Part shown: positions 46,625-55,918 of the stretch, piece by piece
Position numbering within the stretch: the stretch's first letter is position 1
How the letters are laid out: each line of letters opens with the position of its first letter
IMG/VR virus record: IMGVR_UViG_3300044641_007115
Span: 62,001 to 126,000 of that record
Direction: 5' to 3' (one strand)
Length of the DNA stretch: 64,000 nt
The notes under the pieces: model-generated
Database searches by the model: none
Told to the model about the DNA's origin: nothing
The model's input: the letters and a program-made list of their open reading frames with translations, nothing else
Program-made: the position numbers and the translations under genes

Positions 46625-46661
46625 AAGGGCGCTCGACAGAAATGTCGGGCGCTTTCCTTTT
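46625..46661 (+). terminator. intrinsic terminator with GAAA loop
   Basis: gggcgctcgaca-gaaa-tgtcgggcgctt followed by a T tract. Confidence 0.8.
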
Positions 46662-46667
46662 GTTAGG

Positions 46668-47144
46668 ATGGTTTTAGTGCAAGTTACAGCCTTCTACACC
46701 CGCCGAATGGTTGATCCTAAATCGGCTGATTTCCTTCAACAGTGGTTCGATGAAAATGAGATACCGAATACCATCCCGGTAGACCAACTTCACTGTTCGG
46801 TCATCACGGCGATGGAAGAGATTCCTTCCTATCGACCCGATCCGGTGCCGGTGTTGATCCGCCCCAAAGAATACCGGCTCACGTTCCTGAAGGAAGCACT
46901 GGTTATCGCGTTTGATTCGCCGATGTTGAAGCGGGCTTGGGACCGGGCGGTCCAGATGGGTGTGGGGCTGAAGTATCCAAAATACGTGGGGCACGTGAGT
47001 GTATCCTACTCCGTGCCCCTTGAGTTTGAATTGTCCGAAGTGAAACCGCCTACGTTTCCGATCCGGCTGTTAGCCGAAGAGTCCGCGCCGGTCACTCCAC
47101 TGTGGTTTAGTGCAAGCCCAACTTCTGAACCTGTAGCGGCGTAA
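46668..47144 (+). CDS. acb1: 2H phosphodiesterase, anti-CBASS Acb1 / T4 gp57B-like
   Basis: two HxS motifs (LHCSV, GHVSVSY) in Acb1-like context; start may be GTG 46677. Confidence 0.75.
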   Translation: MVLVQVTAFYTRRMVDPKSADFLQQWFDENEIPNTIPVDQLHCSVITAMEEIPSYRPDPVPVLIRPKEYRLTFLKEALVIAFDSPMLKRAWDRAVQMGVGLKYPKYVGHVSVSYSVPLEFELSEVKPPTFPIRLLAEESAPVTPLWFSASPTSEPVAA

Positions 47145-47886
47145 GTGCCCACTTACTATCCATATCAAGTTCACCATTGCTGCGGACTAGTTCTTGATAC
47201 CACTTACCTCTTTTGGTCTTGTAGACATATGCTCCTTTGTAACCATTAGACCGGTCTTTTTTGCCTAGTGCCGTCATGAACTGTGATGTGGTGAAAAACT
47301 TGTAGTCCGCGTATTCATTGCCGAACTTCTTGAAGTGTTCGTCCGCGTCGATGCCTTCCGTCAATTTGCCTTTCGGTTCAAACGAATTGGCAAACGATGT
47401 AATCGGCGACCGGCTACCACGACCCTTGTTGTAATCGGACGGCCACGGCATGCGCTGATTAAACTTCGCATCCTTTTCCGCCTTGCTCATCGGTTTCTTT
47501 TCGACTGCCTTGAAGCCTTTGTGGTCCGGGTTGGGTTGCGGCGTCACAATCCCGCCAATGCTCTTGGCGTAGTGATTCGCGGCATTTTTGTCAGCGAATT
47601 CGCGCGCACCGACCCACACATGCTGTGGAGCTTCTTTCAGCTTTGCCGCGTTGGTCCATTCATCGACTTTCTGTTGCTTGGCGGCTGAGAACAAATCGAT
47701 TTCCGGGTTGATGATGATGTCTTCTTTTTCGCCGGACGGTTCAGACAGTTCTTCTTGGTCGTCTTCGTTTACTTCCGCACAGCCGCATGTGCCAGCTTCG
47801 TCGCCGCATACTTCACATACCGGCATGTTGTCAATCACTTCGCGGATCGACTTTAGAACGGCTTCGTCAACTTGCATGAGGTTCAT
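47107..47886 (-). CDS. late protein, probably virion-internal
   Basis: GATAAATA 6 nt upstream of ATG; LxE-type processing-like sites. Confidence 0.6.
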   Translation of the reverse strand: MNLMQVDEAVLKSIREVIDNMPVCEVCGDEAGTCGCAEVNEDDQEELSEPSGEKEDIIINPEIDLFSAAKQQKVDEWTNAAKLKEAPQHVWVGAREFADKNAANHYAKSIGGIVTPQPNPDHKGFKAVEKKPMSKAEKDAKFNQRMPWPSDYNKGRGSRSPITSFANSFEPKGKLTEGIDADEHFKKFGNEYADYKFFTTSQFMTALGKKDRSNGYKGAYVYKTKRGKWYQELVRSNGELDMDSKWALTPLQVQKLGLH

Positions 47887-48002
47887 GTTCTTTATTTATC
47901 GCCCGGCGTTGATATCCAAGAACATATAGCCGATCCACCCCCACCCCTACCCCTCGAAAATGATGTGTCTCTAAATAGAATTGGAGGTTTCCTCAAGACA
48001 AT

Positions 48003-50264
48003 ATGAGTTGGTCACTAACACAACCACCCAATTGGGTACCGGATGCAATCGCGACGGATCGTGGATGGGTTGATCCCGCCACGGGCGAATTGATTGTTGC
48101 AATTCGTGGATTGAACGTCAAGAATGCTGGTCCCGCCGTCGTGAAGGTTTCACGTATCGGCAACATCACAAAGTATGGCCGGACGACTACACTGTCGTTC
48201 CGCGTCAAGTTTAACGAAGTCGTCGTGGTTACGGGTACGCCGCGTATCCCATTGACGATTGGTGCGAATAGCAGTTTGTTTGCGACGTATGCATCTGGAA
48301 CCGGCTCTTCGAGCTTGGTTTTCAGCTATGCGATTCAGAACGTCGATTCTGGCGCGATTTCGATTGCAAGCCCGATTGCTTTGAACAGCGGCACGATCTT
48401 GGATGCGTCAAACACCCCGGCGGTGTTGACCTTTACCCCGCCGAACACGGCGGGCATGACGGTAGACACCACGTTGCCGACCGCTGATGATTCGGAAGAC
48501 ATCACCCCCACGGCTTTTGTGACAGGAGACAACATCGATGTCATCGTCAATTTCAGTGAGCCGGTGGCTGTGACTGGTGTTCCGCGCGTCGAACTGGATT
48601 TTAACGGAACTCAGAAATTTGCGAATTATGCATCAGGTTCCGGTACCAGCGCTTTGACGTTCCGGTACACCGTACAAGAAGCTGACTCGGTTAATGCTGG
48701 TGATTTCGATGTTGTGAACACGACGGGTGATGCAACCATCGACTTGAACGGCGGTACGATCAAGGACTTGGCTGGTAACTCAACCGGTACGCCGGACTTT
48801 ACCATTCCGACCAACTTGGCGTCTGTTTCGGTGAATTCGACTGCCGCCCCGACGATTACGGGTGTGACGTTCGATTCCGGCAACGGCCCGCACAGCTTGG
48901 CGAAGACCAGTCTTCTGAACTTCACGGTCAACTTCAGCAAAGCTGTTGTTGTGACTGGTTCTCCGCGCATGACTCTTTCGGTCAACGGAAACGCCAAGAA
49001 CGCCACCTATTTGAGCGGATCTGGTTCGAAGGCTTTGGTCTTCCAGTATGCTGTTGTTTCGGGTGACAATGCGACGGCTAGCCAGTTCAGTGCTTCTAGC
49101 CCGTTGACGTTGAACGGCGGAACGATCAAGGACATCTACGGCACTAATGCCACATTGTCCTTCACCGCTCCTACCACTTCAGGCGTTGTGATCGACAACA
49201 CAGCACCCGCCGCTCCGTCTGTTGCATTCGTACAGGGTGCGGGCAACTACAACGCTGGCGACGTGTTCGAGTTCACGGCAACCTATGTCGGCAATATCGC
49301 CGTGGTTGGTTCGCCGCGCATTCCGTTCACGATCAACGGAGTTCAGCGTTATGCGTTGTTCTCAAGTGTTGCATCGAACGTAGCGACGTTCTCTTACACG
49401 GTTCAGGCGTCGGACGCCGCGACCAGCGGTCAGATTGTCTTGACTTCGCCTATCGATTTGAATGGCGGAACGATCAAGGATCTGGCGGAAAACAATGCTG
49501 TTGTGACCTTCACCCCGCCGTCGATGTCGGGTGTTGTGATCGACAACGTTGCGCCGGTCATCAACACGGTGACGGGTCCGTCCGGTGGTCCGAACTACAA
49601 GTTGGGCGACACGTTGACCTTGACAGCGACCTTCAGCGAAGCTGTTACGGTTACGGGCACCCCGCGCATTGCGATGGACGTGAACTTCACGACCAAGTAT
49701 GCGACCTACGCTTCGGGAACTGGTACTTCGACTTTGACCTTCACCTACACGGTGGCGTCGAACGACAATGCCAATTTGCCGGGTCAGTTCGCACTGATTT
49801 CGCCGATGCAATTGAACGGTGGAACGATTGTGGACGCCGCTGGCAACCCGATCACGAACCTCAGCTTCAACTTGCCGGACAATTCCGCCAAGCGTGTTGA
49901 CGGCGTGGCACCGGCATCCCCGGTTGTTACGATCAGCGGCGACACGGCCAATGCGTTTGTCACTGGCAACGTGTTGACCTTGACGGCAACCTTCAACGAA
50001 GCTGTAGTGGTGACCAACACTCCGCGTATCGCTGTGACTATCGGTAGCAATACCCGTCAGGCGAACTACGCTTCGGGTTCTGGAACCAATGCGTTGGTCT
50101 TCCAGTACACCATCGTCGGTGGCGACAGCGCAACGGCTGGCAACGTCACGACGGGCGCGGTGATCGATCTGAACACCACGGGAACGGTCAAGGACGTGGT
50201 TGGAAACAACGCTACCTTGTCCTTCTTGCAACCCAACTTCATCGTCGCAAAGACGGTCAACTAA
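48003..50264 (+). CDS. virion surface protein with about six tandem Ig-like repeats
   Basis: repeated F.E.V.VTG.PR...A.YASGSGT..L.F.YTV...LNGGTIKD..GN unit of ~120 aa; late promoter TCTAAATA. Confidence 0.8.
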   Translation: MSWSLTQPPNWVPDAIATDRGWVDPATGELIVAIRGLNVKNAGPAVVKVSRIGNITKYGRTTTLSFRVKFNEVVVVTGTPRIPLTIGANSSLFATYASGTGSSSLVFSYAIQNVDSGAISIASPIALNSGTILDASNTPAVLTFTPPNTAGMTVDTTLPTADDSEDITPTAFVTGDNIDVIVNFSEPVAVTGVPRVELDFNGTQKFANYASGSGTSALTFRYTVQEADSVNAGDFDVVNTTGDATIDLNGGTIKDLAGNSTGTPDFTIPTNLASVSVNSTAAPTITGVTFDSGNGPHSLAKTSLLNFTVNFSKAVVVTGSPRMTLSVNGNAKNATYLSGSGSKALVFQYAVVSGDNATASQFSASSPLTLNGGTIKDIYGTNATLSFTAPTTSGVVIDNTAPAAPSVAFVQGAGNYNAGDVFEFTATYVGNIAVVGSPRIPFTINGVQRYALFSSVASNVATFSYTVQASDAATSGQIVLTSPIDLNGGTIKDLAENNAVVTFTPPSMSGVVIDNVAPVINTVTGPSGGPNYKLGDTLTLTATFSEAVTVTGTPRIAMDVNFTTKYATYASGTGTSTLTFTYTVASNDNANLPGQFALISPMQLNGGTIVDAAGNPITNLSFNLPDNSAKRVDGVAPASPVVTISGDTANAFVTGNVLTLTATFNEAVVVTNTPRIAVTIGSNTRQANYASGSGTNALVFQYTIVGGDSATAGNVTTGAVIDLNTTGTVKDVVGNNATLSFLQPNFIVAKTVN

Positions 50265-50285
50265 GGTTGATTTTTTCCCTCTACA

Positions 50286-50317
50286 GGCCGGGCCTTCGGG
50301 TCCGGCCTTTTTCTTTT
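50286..50317 (+). terminator. intrinsic terminator (copy 2)
   Basis: GGCCGGGCCTTCGGGTCCGGCCTTTTT. Confidence 0.9.
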
Positions 50318-50351
50318 CAACAGTCTCGTTTCGCGAAGAGTAAATATCGGT

Positions 50352-51839
50352 GTGAAACGGATAATCTACGAAGCCCCGACGTGTGACCCCAACCATGTCG
50401 TTACACAATCAGATTTGGATGCTCTTGAACGGCATCTGGACAAAGTATGGAACAAGTTGGGGATCGATATTGCCTTCACGCGGCATTTCTTGGACCGGGT
50501 GAACGACGCCCGGAACGGAAAACAGATCACGCTCTGTGAACTGGCCCGAATTTTTCTGGAAACATTCCGTCAACACGGAAAGAAGTTGACCGGCATCAGC
50601 ACCCGTGATTGGGAAGCTGTGTTGTCAGACAAGATAACGAATGTGAACGTGCCGTTCGTTCTGAAACATAATGGCAAAGAAGTGGAGATCGTGGCGAAGA
50701 CGGTGATGCGGAAGCCCAATTTCCACACGCCCGATCCGAAATTGGTAGTGGCGCATTTCCGTCAGGGAGACAACAAGATGTCGAAAACATTGCGTGAGTG
50801 GACCGGTCTAGGTCTGCCTCAGAATGATCCTGTGGCCGGTGTCTATGCCGTCGATGATGTCGATGTCAACCCGTCCCAAATCGATGACCCGGAAGTACTC
50901 ACGATGTTGAACGGCTTCCTTGCGTCATTGACCAAGAAAACGTTCATCAACCCGTACTACCCGGTACAACAGGCGTTTGCCAAACTGAGCGCGGTCGGAC
51001 TTTCCTTCCAGCTTCGTGGTTTGGATTTGGGCGGCGATACGGGTGTGGTGCTCATCCCGGTTTCTCATTTTGGTGGTCGTTTGGGGCGGAACCTTGATGG
51101 GTCTTGGGCGGACAACGATGGAATTTCAGAGAAGATCCCCGGCGGCATTTTCCTGAAGGTCACTTACACACAAACCAACGGAGAGTTTGTGGTGAACATG
51201 CAGTTGGTCCCGGCGGAAGAAGGTGTGGAACTGGACACCACCGACATCGAAGAGGATGTCACTACCGGCACGTCCGATGCGACGACTGATGAGTATCCGT
51301 TCGATTCTGATTTCCAACCGACACAAGACGGAGAAACCATTTTTGATGCGGTGAACTTCGAGTCGTTCATTCAGAGGGGCCGGAAGATTGCGGAAGCAGC
51401 AAATAGTATCACTGTCAAGCCTTCGACGCGGAAGAAGGGAATGTATGATGTCATCGTCGGAAACATCCCACGGGTCACCAAGCCCACTGTGAAGGGTGCC
51501 AATGGTTATGCCAGCCGCATCGCCAAGGAAAATCCGCATATGAGTTTCACCCCGCTCAAAGAAGCGGAACTGAACGAAGCGGATGCGAAAGTGGTGTTGA
51601 ACATTCCCGGCGTTCCCTCGAACTATGCCAATTTACCGCTTGGTCGAAAGATGGATCATCACGCCGCCATCAAGAAGTTCAAGGATGAAGCCAAGCGTAC
51701 TCACTTCGGTGCAAAGGGCAAACCGATCATGAAAGCCTTTGGAGAATTCAAGCGACTAAACAATGTTAGCCAATGGTACTTCTTGGATCGCGGGCCGCAA
51801 GGGATGAAAGACGATTCCGTGGAGATTTGGTACAAGTAA
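50352..51839 (+). CDS. conserved T4-like multidomain late protein
   Basis: FTRHFLDRVND.RN, AKTVMRK domain; GTAAATA upstream. Confidence 0.7.
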   Translation: MKRIIYEAPTCDPNHVVTQSDLDALERHLDKVWNKLGIDIAFTRHFLDRVNDARNGKQITLCELARIFLETFRQHGKKLTGISTRDWEAVLSDKITNVNVPFVLKHNGKEVEIVAKTVMRKPNFHTPDPKLVVAHFRQGDNKMSKTLREWTGLGLPQNDPVAGVYAVDDVDVNPSQIDDPEVLTMLNGFLASLTKKTFINPYYPVQQAFAKLSAVGLSFQLRGLDLGGDTGVVLIPVSHFGGRLGRNLDGSWADNDGISEKIPGGIFLKVTYTQTNGEFVVNMQLVPAEEGVELDTTDIEEDVTTGTSDATTDEYPFDSDFQPTQDGETIFDAVNFESFIQRGRKIAEAANSITVKPSTRKKGMYDVIVGNIPRVTKPTVKGANGYASRIAKENPHMSFTPLKEAELNEADAKVVLNIPGVPSNYANLPLGRKMDHHAAIKKFKDEAKRTHFGAKGKPIMKAFGEFKRLNNVSQWYFLDRGPQGMKDDSVEIWYK

Positions 51840-51846
51840 GTTTCGC

Positions 51847-52254
51847 ATGGATTTCGCTAATCTGACAAATGATAACGTGTTGCTCTACGCGATACGCGCC
51901 TACGACAACCCTTCGGCTCACGGGTCGAAGGAATTTGAAGAAGACTTCGAGCGCTTCAAATACGTCAAACGACTGTTGAAGCGCTACGTGAAGAAAGGCG
52001 TTATCAAGGAACGGCTGGTACTGAATCACATTCAAATTCTGTACAACGTTTTCGGGCTGTCATCCACACGAATTCTGTTTCTGAAAATGGAGCCGGACCT
52101 GTATCCGGCTCTGAAAACATTTTTGATCGCGATCAGTTTTATGCCGGACACGGTACCGGGAATCAATGGGAAGACGATTCGTTCGAGCGACATTATGCCG
52201 GACCCAATTCTAGTCAATCTCATTCGGAACAGCACACGGGCAATCGCAGCATGA
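51847..52254 (+). CDS. conserved T4-like hypothetical protein
   Basis: EF.ED..RFKY.KRL..RY, LNHI..LYNVFG. Confidence 0.8.
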   Translation: MDFANLTNDNVLLYAIRAYDNPSAHGSKEFEEDFERFKYVKRLLKRYVKKGVIKERLVLNHIQILYNVFGLSSTRILFLKMEPDLYPALKTFLIAISFMPDTVPGINGKTIRSSDIMPDPILVNLIRNSTRAIAA

Positions 52255-52817
52255 GCATTATTGACACATGGATCGTTTATCGCGTACTTCGAATCCTCTC
52301 TACGTCTTGGGACGAAATGGATGCATTCAAGTATGGGATCATCGACGCCAGTGGTCACGTTCTCAGGAAGCAAAAGGAACTCCGAAAGTCGGAAGAGAAA
52401 AGCGCATACACGCTTTTACACCGTCTGGTTTTCAACCTGAAACGAATCTTGGAGAAATTGCCGTTCGGCAAAACCAAGCTGGCCCGGTACGCGACCGCGC
52501 TTTTCTTATTGAAAGAGCATGTGAAGACACGAAGAGGTAAATGGATGTTGGAAGAAGGATTCAAGTCATTTCTGGCAAAGCATGCCAATGAAGCCGTGGT
52601 CATCAAGGAATCCGCGCCCGTTGGCCTACCGGCTGGCCGGTACAAGATCCTAAACCATATGCTCGATGCTGACTCCCGAATTGTGAAGGCTGGATCGGTC
52701 ATCAGCGTTCGGAAACCGGTCAGAGGTCAGTTTGTGATGGGTGTGGAAGTGTTTCCGGTGATGACCACGACCGGGCAAGAACTTGCCGTCAGTCACGACG
52801 ATATTGAGGCAGTGTGA
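52251..52817 (+). CDS. conserved T4-like hypothetical protein
   Basis: AFK.GIID..G, AYT..HRLVFNLKR, YA.ALFLLKE. Confidence 0.8.
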   Translation: MSIIDTWIVYRVLRILSTSWDEMDAFKYGIIDASGHVLRKQKELRKSEEKSAYTLLHRLVFNLKRILEKLPFGKTKLARYATALFLLKEHVKTRRGKWMLEEGFKSFLAKHANEAVVIKESAPVGLPAGRYKILNHMLDADSRIVKAGSVISVRKPVRGQFVMGVEVFPVMTTTGQELAVSHDDIEAV

Positions 52818-53500
52818 TGAAGACCTATCGACAGTTCAAAGAAGAAATTGGCAATACCGCCGGTAGCGGGGCTATCGCTGGTATCGGGGTTGGTCCACAA
52901 GGCGAACCCGGTGTGAGTATGAAGGACGATGAGTTGCGTTCCAGTTCATTGGCGGCGAAGACTCCGGTCTGGCCGATGATGAAGCGAAAGAAGCCGACCG
53001 GTCTGGATGAAGATGTCAAACTCAATCCCGGTGAACTCAACATTCTGGACCTGTTCGTCACAGAAACACTGTTCTTGAAGGGATCAAAGGTTGGAAAGAT
53101 CAAGCGCCGGATCAGCGGCGAACAGGTGAAGTCAAGGACGCTGGAATCGTTGCTTGACAAGAAAATGATCGACTTCCAAGTCAATACCAATGTCGGGGAA
53201 GGTTATGCGGCAACCCCGTTGGGTTTCGAGTACTGGAAGAAGAGCAAGCAACTCAAAGAGGATTTGTTCGCCGGTGCGGAAGTGTTTGACGTGTCGCCGG
53301 AAGTCTTTTCGAACTGCCGTCTTGGGAAACTACGATATCATCGGTGGGCGCGGTACGTTGGCGACGACATGATCGGTCAAAAGATCCGCGACTACGGTAT
53401 TGCCAATCCGAACAAAAGCATCGTGATCCGGGACAAGCGTACCGGGGCTATGATGTTCCTACGGCACGCCGCCCTTCCGTCATTTGCTTCGTTTTGCTAG
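52817..53500 (+). CDS. conserved T4-like late protein with capsid-targeting-like N-terminus
   Basis: MKTYRQFKEE; FAG..VF.V, TGAM.FLR. Confidence 0.75.
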   Translation: MKTYRQFKEEIGNTAGSGAIAGIGVGPQGEPGVSMKDDELRSSSLAAKTPVWPMMKRKKPTGLDEDVKLNPGELNILDLFVTETLFLKGSKVGKIKRRISGEQVKSRTLESLLDKKMIDFQVNTNVGEGYAATPLGFEYWKKSKQLKEDLFAGAEVFDVSPEVFSNCRLGKLRYHRWARYVGDDMIGQKIRDYGIANPNKSIVIRDKRTGAMMFLRHAALPSFASFC

Positions 53501-54333
53501 ATCAGGCCGCAATCTTGAAGTAGGTCAAGATCCTTGTTGGTGCTGGTGAGCAATTCCACGTTTTTCTTTTCGACAGCATCCAGCATTTTTACACCAAGCT
53601 GGTCTTCCGGCACCATTTTCCGATATATTTCCTCGAAGGCGGCAAAATCTTTGATGAAGCAATGTCCGCCCGCTCCCCGGCCACTTTTGTGCATCGGGTC
53701 CAAGTGCGTTGCTCCCAAACGCGGATCGGCGGCGATAGCGTCCTTGATCGGCTTCCAGTCCAGATAGAGAGATTGGGAAAGATCGTATAGGATGTTGGTG
53801 AAGATCACCTTCAGATACAACAGACAGTTGCCCGCATACTTGACCAGTTCCGCCGATGAACTATCCATGACGGCGTTGAAAGGAGCCTTCGGCAACACAC
53901 TGAGCACAGCTTCCGCTTTCTCCCGATAAGTTTCATTGTCCACCGGAATGCCAATGATGTTACGCATCGGATTGGCTGCATCGTGTTTGGCCGTCGCTTC
54001 CACTAGGAATTCAGGCGAATGGAAGACGAATAGATCCGGGAAACGATGTTGTAGGGCCTTGGTCGTTCCGGGGATCATCGTTGATTTGATGACGGCAGTA
54101 GTGCCGGGGTTGAGAAGTTTTAGGCATGCCGCGACGATGGATGCGTCAAATCCTTCCGCTGTGGTGGGCGTCGGGACTGCAATGAAAACGATGTCGCAAT
54201 TCTTGATTGCTTCTCGATTTTCATTGTACGGCGGTTCGAGTGCGTAACGGGTGACCGGGAAGCCTCTGCTTTCAAGGTCGTCTGAGTAGTTCTTACCAAT
54301 CCATCCCTGTCCGATGAAACCGATTTTGTGCAT
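53497..54333 (-). CDS. UDP-glucose/GDP-mannose dehydrogenase family protein (short form)
   Basis: GQGWIG, AVPTP, KST..PGTT, PEFL, AE..KY, GGHCFIKD. Confidence 0.85.
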   Translation of the reverse strand: MHKIGFIGQGWIGKNYSDDLESRGFPVTRYALEPPYNENREAIKNCDIVFIAVPTPTTAEGFDASIVAACLKLLNPGTTAVIKSTMIPGTTKALQHRFPDLFVFHSPEFLVEATAKHDAANPMRNIIGIPVDNETYREKAEAVLSVLPKAPFNAVMDSSSAELVKYAGNCLLYLKVIFTNILYDLSQSLYLDWKPIKDAIAADPRLGATHLDPMHKSGRGAGGHCFIKDFAAFEEIYRKMVPEDQLGVKMLDAVEKKNVELLTSTNKDLDLLQDCGLI

Positions 54334-54366
54334 ATCTGAAGGTATCTATCATAAAGAGAGTCTTCA

Positions 54367-55458
54367 ATGAGCCTACTGACCGATATCCAATTCGCGGGCC
54401 GGGTGTCAGTCTACGTCCGTAACTTCAAGCAAAAAGGGGACTTCATTTGGAATTTCTCTTGTCCGATCTGTGGAGATTCCAAGAAGAAACGGGGCAAGGC
54501 GCGTGGCTATCTCTATCGGGTCGAAGATCGACTGTTATTCAAATGTCACAATTGTGAATTGCCGCCCATGTCATTGGGACGGTTCTTCCAACAGATCGAC
54601 GAAAGCCTCTACAAAGAATACATCGTCGCATCGGCCATAGAACGCAACAAAGGCCGCATAGGGCGACCGAAGAAGGATTGGAAGGAACAGATCCGGGACA
54701 TGGACTTCAGTCGTCCTGTGGTCGCTGTAGACCCATTTGCGGGCCTTCCTACGCTGGCATCACTCCCGGACGATCATCCCGCCAAGTCGTACATCGTCAA
54801 CCGTAAGATACCAAACTCGTTTCTCAACGTGCTGTTGTATGCGGAAGACTTTGCGGCGGTGGTGGACAAGTGGAAACCGAACGGCCCGGCGTTGGTCCAC
54901 GAACCTCGAATCATTATTCCATTCCGCAACCGAAAACGAATCTTGGCGATCCAAGGACGGAGTTTGGAGCCGGACGCCGCTCTACGGTATATCACGATCA
55001 AAGCGGATGATGACACCCCCAAGATTTTCGGGTTAGACAGGATCGATCTGACGGCGGATCGCATCTATGTGCTCGAAGGTCCCTTCGACAGCATGTTTTT
55101 GCCGAACGCGCTGGCAATGGCGGGCGCGGATTTGCCGAAGATTCTACCCAAACACAAGACGATTGTGGTGTATGACGACGAACCACACAATGCGGAGATC
55201 GTCGCCAAGATGGACGCGGCAATCCGGTATGGATACCGGGTATGCATCTGGCCGCGCCGCCAACAGAACACAGGACGAAAGGACATCAATCAGATGGTTT
55301 TGGACGGTCAAACGCCGGAAGAGATCCAGCAGATCATCGAAGAAAACAGCTATTCAGGGACGGCGGCTAAGATGTGGCTGACTAAATGGAGAAGAGACGA
55401 TTATGAACGACGAACTCAGCAAAATCGAAGCAACCGAAACGGAATTGCCGGGAACTGA
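54367..55458 (+). CDS. gp61: DNA primase gp61
   Basis: CPICGDS, KCHNC, QGR, EGPFDS.F, KDIN.M. Confidence 0.95.
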   Translation: MSLLTDIQFAGRVSVYVRNFKQKGDFIWNFSCPICGDSKKKRGKARGYLYRVEDRLLFKCHNCELPPMSLGRFFQQIDESLYKEYIVASAIERNKGRIGRPKKDWKEQIRDMDFSRPVVAVDPFAGLPTLASLPDDHPAKSYIVNRKIPNSFLNVLLYAEDFAAVVDKWKPNGPALVHEPRIIIPFRNRKRILAIQGRSLEPDAALRYITIKADDDTPKIFGLDRIDLTADRIYVLEGPFDSMFLPNALAMAGADLPKILPKHKTIVVYDDEPHNAEIVAKMDAAIRYGYRVCIWPRRQQNTGRKDINQMVLDGQTPEEIQQIIEENSYSGTAAKMWLTKWRRDDYERRTQQNRSNRNGIAGN

Positions 55459-55711
55459 AGCGCTGGACGCGGATGGTCTGGAAGAGTACGAACTGACACT
55501 GAACAACATGGATGGAGTGGACGGATACGACACTCTCATGGAAAGCCAGTTTGAAGAACGTACCATTTACACGAAGGCCCGGAGTCTGGAAGAAGCAACA
55601 GAGAAATTCACAGCGTATTTTGACCAATTGGTTGAAGCTCATGGATACAACGGCGCGCGCCCGATGACGTTGTGGTTGTTTCAGCGGATTGAAGACGGAA
55701 CACGAATTTGA
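55403..55711 (+). CDS. acidic hypothetical protein
   Basis: SD GGAG/GAGAG upstream. Confidence 0.6.
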   Translation: MNDELSKIEATETELPGTEALDADGLEEYELTLNNMDGVDGYDTLMESQFEERTIYTKARSLEEATEKFTAYFDQLVEAHGYNGARPMTLWLFQRIEDGTRI

Positions 55712-55729
55712 TCGCCCGAAGATCGCGAT

Positions 55730-55918
55730 ATGTTGGATCTAGTGCAAGTATCTGATGAGTTGATCGCACAGATGACGATTCGCCAACGCGAAGAGTTTCT
55801 GACTATTCTCGAACAACAAAAGGCATTGGTCGGGAAGACCATTTCTTTGCTGGAACAGGTGGCGAAAAATCATATCGTGATCGCTTCGCGCCGTCGTTGT
55901 ACCCACAGAAAAATATGA
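55730..55918 (+). CDS. small helical protein
   Basis: ATGA overlap with thyX. Confidence 0.55.
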   Translation: MLDLVQVSDELIAQMTIRQREEFLTILEQQKALVGKTISLLEQVAKNHIVIASRRRCTHRKI

